A stretch of DNA of 55,622 bases from positions 1-55,622 of the forward strand of contig JBFMGU010000034.1 in NCBI GenBank assembly GCA_040752415.1. Direction: 5' to 3'. Below, in pieces: positions 7,572 to 15,059 of the stretch. The first letter of the stretch is position 1; each line of letters starts with the position of its first letter. The notes beneath the pieces were generated by a model. The model was not told the origin of the DNA. It saw nothing but the letters and a program-made list of their open reading frames with translations, and did not search any database. Made by a program: the position numbers and the translations under genes. The stretch comes from Myxococcota bacterium (GTDB lineage: Bacteria > Myxococcota > JACRCW01).

Positions 7572-9752
7572 GTGAATCGCTTAGGACGCATCCTGGCGCT
7601 GACAACCGTGTTGTGCGCTGCGGTGGCAAAGGCGGCCCCGCCGGACTCTCTCACCTTGCAGGGAGTGCTGAGGGAGGAATCTGGGGGACTGCAAGATGGG
7701 CAGTTCGACATCCGTGTTCGCCTGCTTGATGGCGCGACGGAGGTCTTCAGTGAAACCTACGTCAACGTGCCAGTCCAGAGCGGTGTGTTCAGCCTGGAAG
7801 TGCGCGGCACTACTACCAGCATTCGTGAGACGCTGATCGAGCATCCCAACGTCCTCATCGAGATAAGCGTGGAGGGTCAGGTCCTCAGCGCCCAGCCGCT
7901 GCAATCCGTGCCCTACGCTCTCTACTGCGCCCACTCGGATACCGCGGCCAATGCCTCGCAGCTCGACGGCAGCCCGCCTTCATCGTGGGTGCAGAAGGCC
8001 GATCTGGCGGACGCGGACCCTGCGACGTCCCCTGTACATTGGCGCAGCATCAGCAGTCTGCCGCCAGACTGTCCGCCTGGCCAGTTCGTGACGGGCTTCG
8101 ATTCCGCGAGCGGACAAGCGAAGTGTAGCGCTCCACCTTTCGCGGTGGCGGACGGTGGCGTCGCGGTGGGAGGCGGAGATGTCACCGCTGTGCTTCCCGG
8201 TGCTGGCCTGGTTGGAGGTGGCTCCACTGGTGAAATCACGCTCAGCGTAGATCCCACGTACGTGCAACGTCGCATTTCTGCGTGCAATCCAGGGACCGCG
8301 TTGTCTTCCGTGGCGGAGGACGGGAACGCCACTTGCGAGCCAATTCCGCCGCCCGGAATCTCCGACGTTGTGGCGGGCCTGGGCCTGACAGGCGGCGGCG
8401 CGTCGAACTCCATCACCATGGACGTTGATGACGCCTACGTCCAACGTCGTGTCTCCCAGCAATGCCCCGCGGGGACCTTCTTCCGAGGGATTGCGCAGGA
8501 CGGCTCGGTGACTTGCGGCGCGGATTCCGCATCGCCGTACACAAGGACCCTGGTGGCCAGTCCGGTGACTGGAGACTCGGCGGCGAGCGGAGCCGCGCTC
8601 CTAACTCTCCTGGCGTCGGTGACCGACGCGTCAGCCACGAACCGATACCTGCTGAAAATCGAGCCGGGGACGTACGACCTCGGGACCTCTCCATTGGTCA
8701 TGAAGCCATATGTCGACGTTGAAGGCGCTGGCGAGGCAGCCACGCGACTCGTCCGACAGGGCTTTGCATCGAACATCGGGGGCTATCCCGACTCCGGCAC
8801 CGTCATTGGCTCCGACAACGCGGAGTTGCGCTCCCTGACCGCGGAGAACATGGGGGGCGCGGCGTACGGCGCCGCCATCTACAACCCCGGCGCATCACCG
8901 ACGATCCGCCAAGTCGCGGCGATCGCCAACGGAGCGACGACGCGCACCGTGGGCATCTACAACTTCTCCTCTGGGTCATCGTTGTCCTCGCCGTTGCTCA
9001 AGGACGTCACAGTGCGCGTCGCCGCCGGGGGCGGATCAGGATACGGAATCCACAGCGTGGGACTGGCGGCCCAGGATTCCAGTCCCAGACTCGAGGGCGT
9101 GTCCGTCTTCATGACCGGCGCGACCTCGAACAACTACGGCGTCCTGACAAACATGGCGTCGGCGACAATGTCTGGGACAAGCGTGGACATCTCCGCATCC
9201 ACGTCAAACTGCTACGGCCTTCACGTCACGGCGTCGGACCTCGTGGTGCGCGGCCTGATAGTGTCGATGGCTGGCTGCAACGAGAACCGCGGGGTGTGGA
9301 CCAACAGCTCATCCGTTCAGCTGTACGCCGGTCACCTCACAATCAGCGGCCTCAAAGCCACCGGCATCAGATTCGACGAAGCGAGCGCGTCTGTGGCGAG
9401 CCGGATCCTCGACACGACAATGTCAGTCACCGGCACCGCTGGCAGCGACGCGGTCGGCGTCTACGTCGAGCCATCGACGCCCGCGACCACGATTACCCTC
9501 AGCAACGTGACGTTGGACGTCGCGGGGGCCCCTGTGAACCTGAGCAGGGGCATCTTCAACGACGACAGCGGGACCGTGGTGACCGTCCACCGCTCGACAA
9601 TCACCGGGGATCCGGCGCTGGAGGTCAGTACTTCAGCCACGGTGAGAGCCGGCAGCTGTCAGATTGCTGGTGCCGTGTCAGGCGCGGGCACCAAGACGTG
9701 CGTGCATGCGTACTCGGCATCCATGGCCGCGCTGGGGACTGCGTGCAACTGA
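7572..9752 (+). CDS. Secreted fibre/adhesin-like protein with internal repeats and C-terminal beta-helix
   Basis: GGAGGT RBS before GTG 7572; signal peptide; SLTLQGVLR..GVFSL..LQSVPYAL; two V..G.GL.GGG....IT..VD..YVQRR.S..C repeats; LLKIEPGTYDL..MKPYVDVEGAG followed by pectin-lyase-like coils. Confidence 0.8.
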   Translation: MNRLGRILALTTVLCAAVAKAAPPDSLTLQGVLREESGGLQDGQFDIRVRLLDGATEVFSETYVNVPVQSGVFSLEVRGTTTSIRETLIEHPNVLIEISVEGQVLSAQPLQSVPYALYCAHSDTAANASQLDGSPPSSWVQKADLADADPATSPVHWRSISSLPPDCPPGQFVTGFDSASGQAKCSAPPFAVADGGVAVGGGDVTAVLPGAGLVGGGSTGEITLSVDPTYVQRRISACNPGTALSSVAEDGNATCEPIPPPGISDVVAGLGLTGGGASNSITMDVDDAYVQRRVSQQCPAGTFFRGIAQDGSVTCGADSASPYTRTLVASPVTGDSAASGAALLTLLASVTDASATNRYLLKIEPGTYDLGTSPLVMKPYVDVEGAGEAATRLVRQGFASNIGGYPDSGTVIGSDNAELRSLTAENMGGAAYGAAIYNPGASPTIRQVAAIANGATTRTVGIYNFSSGSSLSSPLLKDVTVRVAAGGGSGYGIHSVGLAAQDSSPRLEGVSVFMTGATSNNYGVLTNMASATMSGTSVDISASTSNCYGLHVTASDLVVRGLIVSMAGCNENRGVWTNSSSVQLYAGHLTISGLKATGIRFDEASASVASRILDTTMSVTGTAGSDAVGVYVEPSTPATTITLSNVTLDVAGAPVNLSRGIFNDDSGTVVTVHRSTITGDPALEVSTSATVRAGSCQIAGAVSGAGTKTCVHAYSASMAALGTACN

Positions 9753-11041
9753 CCAAGACGAGCCGCCGGCTGAGTGTCGCCTTGGCCAGGGTGACGCTCC
9801 TCGGCGCCCTGCTGGCATACTCGGCATACGGCTACACCGCGTGGGGCTCACAGAATCCCTTCGACTTCTACCACTACTGGCTCGTCGGAAAGGCCATCGA
9901 CGCAGGCGGCGTCACCAACATCTACGGGAAGGAAGACCGTGTTCGGCTCGCCAAGGTCTGGCACGAGCGCGCCCAGGCCACGGACATGGCGCTGTTCAAG
10001 AAGGCAGCCCAGGGAAGAAGCCAGCTTGAGCCCACCGGGACACCGTTTCTGTACGCGGCCTTTCACCTCGTCACCACGGACAACTACGACGGGAATTGCA
10101 CCGTTTTCATGGTGGTATCCCATTTCGCCTACCTGCTGGCATTGGTGTTTCTGCTGTGGCGCCTGGGGTTCAGTTTCAACGTCGCCGCCATGGCGTTCGT
10201 CCTGCTGACCCAGCTGTTCTGGCCGCTCAAGATGGACGGTCACTACGGGAACCTGGGACGCCTCCAGGTTGGGGGCATTGCCCTGTTGCTGGCGCTCTTG
10301 ACGCTTCGTCACCGGTGGGCCCCGCTCATGGCCGGCGTGGCGTGCGGTGTCCTCGTCCTCATCAAGCCCACCAGCGTCCAGGTGTTGCCTCTGCTCGTCG
10401 TCGTGTGGCTCGCTCGTGGAGAGCGGACGCGGCTCCGCGACTTTGTGTTGGGTGCGGCGAGTGCAGGCGCGCTTGGTCTGGCGTTGCCGTCCTTCGTCCT
10501 CGGGCCCGCGTGCAGTTGGACCGCGTGGCGGACCGACTTGCCCGCGATGCTGTTCAACGACTACTATTTGACCGGAGGATTCCTCGGAAAGCTGATCGGG
10601 CTGAAGGCCATCGCCGGCTACACCGTGTTCCAGGTCCTCGTCGTCGCCGGACTCGCGGCTACCCTGTTCCGAGCGACGCCACGCAAGGCTCCGTCCGAGC
10701 AACCCTGGCTACAGGAGTGGGTAGCGATCAACTTGGGGATCCTGGCGTACTTGGCGACCGGGCCGATTGTGCACTCGCACTACTTTGTGATCGCGGCACC
10801 CGCGTTGGTCCTGGCGTTGTCGCTGGCACACCGCCGGGACGACGCGGTGTTCACGCCCGTTGTCCTGACTGCGCTCCTGCTCTGCGGGGCACACCCCATC
10901 TTCAAGACGCTTGGATTGACGTGGGATGCGAACCACAGCCTCTGGACCTTCGCCGGCGTCTGGCTCCTGCTGGTGTTGCTCACGGTGCTTGCTGCACCGG
11001 CGCGCGCGACGGAGGAGCCCGCTTCGCCAGCACCCGCATGA
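9743..11041 (+). CDS. GT-C fold membrane glycosyltransferase, GT87/DUF2029-like
   Basis: First TM followed by DFYHYW; later GN, IKP and HSHYF motifs; many TM segments; GTG start overlaps the upstream stop. Confidence 0.7.
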   Translation: MQLTKTSRRLSVALARVTLLGALLAYSAYGYTAWGSQNPFDFYHYWLVGKAIDAGGVTNIYGKEDRVRLAKVWHERAQATDMALFKKAAQGRSQLEPTGTPFLYAAFHLVTTDNYDGNCTVFMVVSHFAYLLALVFLLWRLGFSFNVAAMAFVLLTQLFWPLKMDGHYGNLGRLQVGGIALLLALLTLRHRWAPLMAGVACGVLVLIKPTSVQVLPLLVVVWLARGERTRLRDFVLGAASAGALGLALPSFVLGPACSWTAWRTDLPAMLFNDYYLTGGFLGKLIGLKAIAGYTVFQVLVVAGLAATLFRATPRKAPSEQPWLQEWVAINLGILAYLATGPIVHSHYFVIAAPALVLALSLAHRRDDAVFTPVVLTALLLCGAHPIFKTLGLTWDANHSLWTFAGVWLLLVLLTVLAAPARATEEPASPAPA

Positions 11042-11073
11042 CACCGTCATCATCCAAGCCTCGTGACGTCGCG

Positions 11074-11121
11074 GCAGAACCAACCATCTGGGTGACGCCG
11101 TAACGCGCATCGCACGCTGAG
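11074..11121 (+). repeat. Direct repeat copy B (orphan ...TIWVTP-stop gene end)
   Basis: gcagaacc-a-accatctgggtgacgccgtaa-cgcgcat-cgcacgctgag matches 6546-6602 apart from a short internal deletion and a few substitutions. Confidence 0.9.
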
Positions 11122-11156
11122 CCACCGGCCATTCGTCCGCCGGTGGCTCGCGTGCG
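11111..11156 (+). terminator. Long GC hairpin, probable native terminator of the lipoprotein gene
   Basis: cgcacgc-t-gagccaccggc (11111-11129) pairs with gccggtggctc-gcgtgcg (11139-11156): 18 bp with one bulged base; no U-tract. Confidence 0.65.
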
Positions 11157-11250
11157 CCACGCACCAGCTCTCAGGTCAGACGACGTACCCGTCGCAGATG
11201 CGACCGACGCGACCGTTCCGCACGATTTCCGTGAAACACAGAGGTCGAGC

Positions 11251-11623
11251 ATGGCGTACGGAGGCGGGGGCTCCCGTTCCAGGCGTTGTGCGTCGTGGCG
11301 CTCGCGGCCACCGCTCCGGCGCGGCTGGGCGCGCACGAGGAGCACGACGGAGCCCGCGGCAACGGTGCTGCGCGCGTCCACGTGGCGGAAGCGCATCGAG
11401 CCATCCTGGAGGGCCGGTTCCACGCCGCCATTGCCCACGGACACACGGCGCTGGACCTGCGAGGGCGCGACACCATTACGAAGCCTTCCTCCCGCTCCGC
11501 CCCGACGACGCCCTGGCCAAGCGCATCCACCAGATCCTGGCCCCCCCCATGACCACGTGCCCCGCGCTCACGCCCGAGGAGAAGATCGCGCTGTTTACCC
11601 GCCGACGCACCGCGCAGCGTTGA
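11251..11623 (+). pseudogene. Frameshifted remnant of an exported TPR-like protein
   Basis: One frame gives LCVVALAATA..AEAHRAILEGRFHAAIAHG; another continues ARHHYEAFLPLRPDDALAKRIHQIL; no intact ORF joins them. Confidence 0.4.
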
Positions 11624-11710
11624 TGTGGGTCCGCCACCGGCCTTGCCGTGCCCCGCCCCGTGTTGCCAAGCTCTGCGGGCTTTCCCCGAAGTGAAAGGCC
11701 TGCCACCGCC

Positions 11711-13540
11711 ATGCTGCCCAAGGGCGCGCCATCGACGCTGGGCGAGTACTCGCTCAAGGAGCTCCTGGGTCGGGGCGGCATGGCCGAGGTGTACCTGGCG
11801 GAGCGCGACGGGCCGGCGGGGTTCAAGAAGAAGCTCGTCGTCAAACGCATCCTCCCCATCTTCGCGGAGGACCCCAACTTCGTGCAGCTGTTCCTGCGCG
11901 AGGCGCGCGTGGCCGCCAGCCTCAACCACCCCAACGTGGTGCAGGTCCACGAGTTGGCCCACCAGGGCGACGAGTACTTCATCGCCATGGAGTTCATTGA
12001 CGGGCTGACGCTGAGCCGCCTGGCGCGTCGGGCGTGGGCACTCAAGCAGAGCCTGCCCATGGAGGTGGCCGTCCGCTCCATCGCCGAGGCTGCGCTGGGA
12101 CTCAACCACGCGCATGAGCTGGTGGGTGACGACGGAAAACCACGCCCGCTCATCCACCGCGACGTCAGCCCCGACAACCTCATGCTCAACCGCGACGGCA
12201 TCACCAAGGTCCTGGACTTCGGCGTGGCCAAGGACCTCGCCAGCGGTGGGCTCACGCAGGCGGGACAGCTGCGCGGCAAGGCGCACTTCATGGCGCCGGA
12301 GTACCTCGAGGAGAGACCCGTCGACGGGCGCGCCGACCTCTACGGACTGGGATGCTGCCTGTACTGGATGCTCACCGGGCGCAGGCCGTTCGAGGGGAAC
12401 GAGGTGGCGGTGGTGCGGGCCATCGTCGAGGACACGCCGCCGAAGCCTGTGGAGATCAACGCCCTCATCCCCGCGCGCCTGTCGGACCTCGTTGTGCGCA
12501 TGCTGCAGAAGGACCCCGACGCGCGCATCCAGACCGGCGCCGAGCTCCACGACGAGCTTGCCGACGCCATGCCGTGGCGGCCGAACACCTCCAAGGAGTT
12601 CCTCAAGCAGCTGCTCGGCGCACCGGACCTTGAGCGCACGATGGCCAACATCAGCGTGGAAGGTTTCCCGGCGGCACGGCCGGTGACGAATCCGGCGGTG
12701 AGCGCGCCGGTGAAGGACCTGGAGGATGCGCCGTTGCGCCCTACCGTGGTCACGAGCACGCGGCGTGTTGACGACGAGGATGCTGCGCGCGTGGCTGCGC
12801 TGCCGACGCAGGGAAACGCGGTCCGCGCGCTGGTGTGGGGTGGCGCCACGGCAATTGTGCTGCTGGGCGCTGGCACCGCGTTCATGCTGCGACCGCGCGA
12901 GGTGACGCAGAAGCCCGCCGCTGTCGCCGTGGCGCCGACGCCGCCAGCGCTTGCTCCGCCGCCGCCCACTGCGCCCGCAGCAACACCCGCGCCGGCACCG
13001 GCTCCCGCGGTTGTGCCGACGGAGGAGAGCGCGGAGAAGCCGGAGGAGGCGGGTGCTCCCGACGAGGCGGAGCCGTCGAGGAAGAGCGCGCGACGGGTGA
13101 AGAACCGCGGTACCGACGGGGAGCCGGAGGTGAAGCCGGTTCGCGGAGTGCCGCTCGAGGTCACCGCGCCGGCACACATTGTCTGGGAGGATGCCTCAGG
13201 ACGCGCACTGGGAAAGGGAAGCGGAACCCTGCGTGTGCCGGCCACGGACAAGTATGTCTACGCGATTGACCCTGTTCGCAGCGGGAAGACCCGCGTGGCG
13301 ACGACGCACGGAGCCATCAGCTACGACAGCCTCGCCAAGGGGACGCTGACCGTGAAGTTCGCGCCGGGCGTGAAGGTCTTCCTGGGGACGCAGGAGATCA
13401 GACAGTCGGGAGTGCCGGTCAGTCTCGTCGGGGGAACCTACAGGCTCAAGATGGTGCTCGACGGGCAGGAGCAGACGCAGTCCGTGGACATCAGTGGGTA
13501 CGGGAAGAAGGAGATCACCATCGGCGTCACGGATGGCTGA
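11711..13540 (+). CDS. Hanks-type Ser/Thr protein kinase with TM segment and extracytoplasmic tail
   Basis: LGRGGMAEVY, VVKRI, HRDVSPDN, DFG, FMAPE, DLYGLG; TM ALVWGGATAIVLLGAGTAFML; Pro/Ala linker. Confidence 0.96.
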   Translation: MLPKGAPSTLGEYSLKELLGRGGMAEVYLAERDGPAGFKKKLVVKRILPIFAEDPNFVQLFLREARVAASLNHPNVVQVHELAHQGDEYFIAMEFIDGLTLSRLARRAWALKQSLPMEVAVRSIAEAALGLNHAHELVGDDGKPRPLIHRDVSPDNLMLNRDGITKVLDFGVAKDLASGGLTQAGQLRGKAHFMAPEYLEERPVDGRADLYGLGCCLYWMLTGRRPFEGNEVAVVRAIVEDTPPKPVEINALIPARLSDLVVRMLQKDPDARIQTGAELHDELADAMPWRPNTSKEFLKQLLGAPDLERTMANISVEGFPAARPVTNPAVSAPVKDLEDAPLRPTVVTSTRRVDDEDAARVAALPTQGNAVRALVWGGATAIVLLGAGTAFMLRPREVTQKPAAVAVAPTPPALAPPPPTAPAATPAPAPAPAVVPTEESAEKPEEAGAPDEAEPSRKSARRVKNRGTDGEPEVKPVRGVPLEVTAPAHIVWEDASGRALGKGSGTLRVPATDKYVYAIDPVRSGKTRVATTHGAISYDSLAKGTLTVKFAPGVKVFLGTQEIRQSGVPVSLVGGTYRLKMVLDGQEQTQSVDISGYGKKEITIGVTDG

Positions 13541-13689
13541 CGTGGGCCGATGGGAAAGCGGTATTGCAGACCGCACTCCCAAAGAGCTGCGCTCGCGGTG
13601 ATGTCGGGGAAGAGACCCCGTGGTCCGAGCGAAAGCGGTACTGCATACCGCAGTCCGAAAGGGCTGGCGCCCGCGGTGACGTCGGAGAA
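13541..13689. repeat. Two tandem ~71-bp REP-like palindromic units (78-bp period) filling a convergent intergenic gap
   Basis: 13541-13611 and 13619-13689 align end to end; core gaaagcggta-N5-taccgcagtccgaaag (copy 1 more degenerate). Confidence 0.85.
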
Positions 13690-15057
13690 TCAGTCGGCGT
13701 CCAGCTTGCGCGGTGTCTGCGACTCACTCCCCAATGGCAGCTCCTCCTGCTTGAGCTCCGGGAACACCAGCTCGGGGGGCGGCGAGCCCATGGGAACGTC
13801 CGGCAGCGGCGGCGCGGGTGCAGGAGGAGGAAGACCCGGGATGAGCTCCTGCGTGGGAACCGGAACTGCCGCTTCCACGCCGGGAGAGCCGGGACCACCG
13901 TCGGGTGACGAGGGAACACCTTCCATCAGCGTCGGTGGCGGGGTGCGCGGACGGTAGCGCGCCATCAGCGCTTCCACCTTCTTCAACGGCAGCGCCGGGA
14001 CGAAACGATCCCCGAAGCCCACCATGTCCTCCGCCGCACACAGCGCGTTGTGGATGGCCTCCTCCGTGGCGTCGATGGCCGCCTCGTAGAGCGGGCCAAT
14101 CACCGGGTCCAGCAACACCTCCACGCGCGTGGTCATCTTCTTCGTCTCGCGCGGGACCTTGTTCGCCGTCGAGAAGCCCAGCACGATCTCGCCACTGCCG
14201 TGCGCCGCAATGCTGCCCGCACGACCAATCCCCAACGCCGCACGCTTGCACAACCGCCCAATCTGCTGGCTCAACAGCGGCGCATCCGTGGCCACCACGA
14301 CGATGATCGACCCGTAGCTCACCGACCGCTTCGGCAGGTGCTTGTACTCCGGCTCCAACATGCGCCCCACGGCAACACCGTCGATGCGCAGGTCCGGCAT
14401 GTAGCCGAAGTTCGTCATCACCAGCACGCCCAGCGTGTAATGCCCCACCTCCGCCGGCACCTTCCGTGACGACGTGCCAATGCCACCCTTGAACTCGCAG
14501 CAGATCATCCCCGTGCCGCCGCCCGCCGAGCCTTCCGTCACCGGTCCGCTCGCAGCAGCGTCGAGAGCAGCGATGCAATGCTCCGCCTTCACCCGTCGCG
14601 CCGTGGCTTCGTTCAGCCAGCTGTCGTCGCACTCCCCGACGAGGGGAATGACCACGTCATCCTTGTCACCCAGCTCCTTGTAGCGACGCTGCATCCACTC
14701 CACGCACCCGTCGTGGGCACGTCCCACGGAGAGCGTGTTGGTGAGCACAATGGGCGTCTCCAGCAACCCCCACTCGACGAGCTGGGTCACCCCCGTGAGC
14801 TCGCCCGCGCCGTTGAGCACGAACGCACTGCCGAGCACACGGTCATGGTACGGGTTGTCATTGGGCAGGATGGCCGTCACGCCCGTGCGCGCCTTGCCAC
14901 GTCCCTGCTGCCCCGTGGGCTCGTCGAAGTTCAGCGTGCAATGGCCCACCTTCACGCCACGCACGTCGGTGATGGCGTTCCAGCGGCCCGTCGGGAAGCG
15001 ACCAATGCTGACGCCCAGGTCCCGAAGCCGGGGACGTCGCTTGCGCGCAATGGGCAC
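13690..15057 (-). CDS. DmpA-like aminopeptidase (peptidase S58/P1) with Pro-rich C-terminal tail
   Basis: RLRDLG, NAITDV.GVKVGH, RTGVTAILP, NGAGELTG, VGECDDSWLN, FKGGIGTSSR, autoprocessing G|SIIVVVATDAP, HGSGE. Confidence 0.93.
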   Translation of the reverse strand: MPIARKRRPRLRDLGVSIGRFPTGRWNAITDVRGVKVGHCTLNFDEPTGQQGRGKARTGVTAILPNDNPYHDRVLGSAFVLNGAGELTGVTQLVEWGLLETPIVLTNTLSVGRAHDGCVEWMQRRYKELGDKDDVVIPLVGECDDSWLNEATARRVKAEHCIAALDAAASGPVTEGSAGGGTGMICCEFKGGIGTSSRKVPAEVGHYTLGVLVMTNFGYMPDLRIDGVAVGRMLEPEYKHLPKRSVSYGSIIVVVATDAPLLSQQIGRLCKRAALGIGRAGSIAAHGSGEIVLGFSTANKVPRETKKMTTRVEVLLDPVIGPLYEAAIDATEEAIHNALCAAEDMVGFGDRFVPALPLKKVEALMARYRPRTPPPTLMEGVPSSPDGGPGSPGVEAAVPVPTQELIPGLPPPAPAPPLPDVPMGSPPPELVFPELKQEELPLGSESQTPRKLDAD

Positions 15058-15059
15058 GG

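Larger units (their letters stand above)
6603..11073. mobile_element. Putative genomic islet (three genes) between direct repeats; no recombinase encoded
   Basis: Bounded by repeat copies A and B; more A/T-ending codons than the flanking housekeeping genes (judged by eye). Confidence 0.6.

Noticed and set aside
10096..11103. 335-aa ORF ending in the duplicated TIWVTP
   Set aside because: Out-of-frame overlap of the GT87-like gene with Arg/Pro/Gly-rich composition; only the last codons derive from the repeat
11098..11182. Integron attC-like site (TAAC at the stop codon plus bulged hairpin)
   Set aside because: No correctly placed GTTRRRY partner, no cassette array and no integron integrase
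13541..13689. Mini CRISPR array or hammerhead ribozyme
   Set aside because: The units align over nearly their whole length with no unique spacers, no cas genes are present, and there is no conserved CUGANGA core
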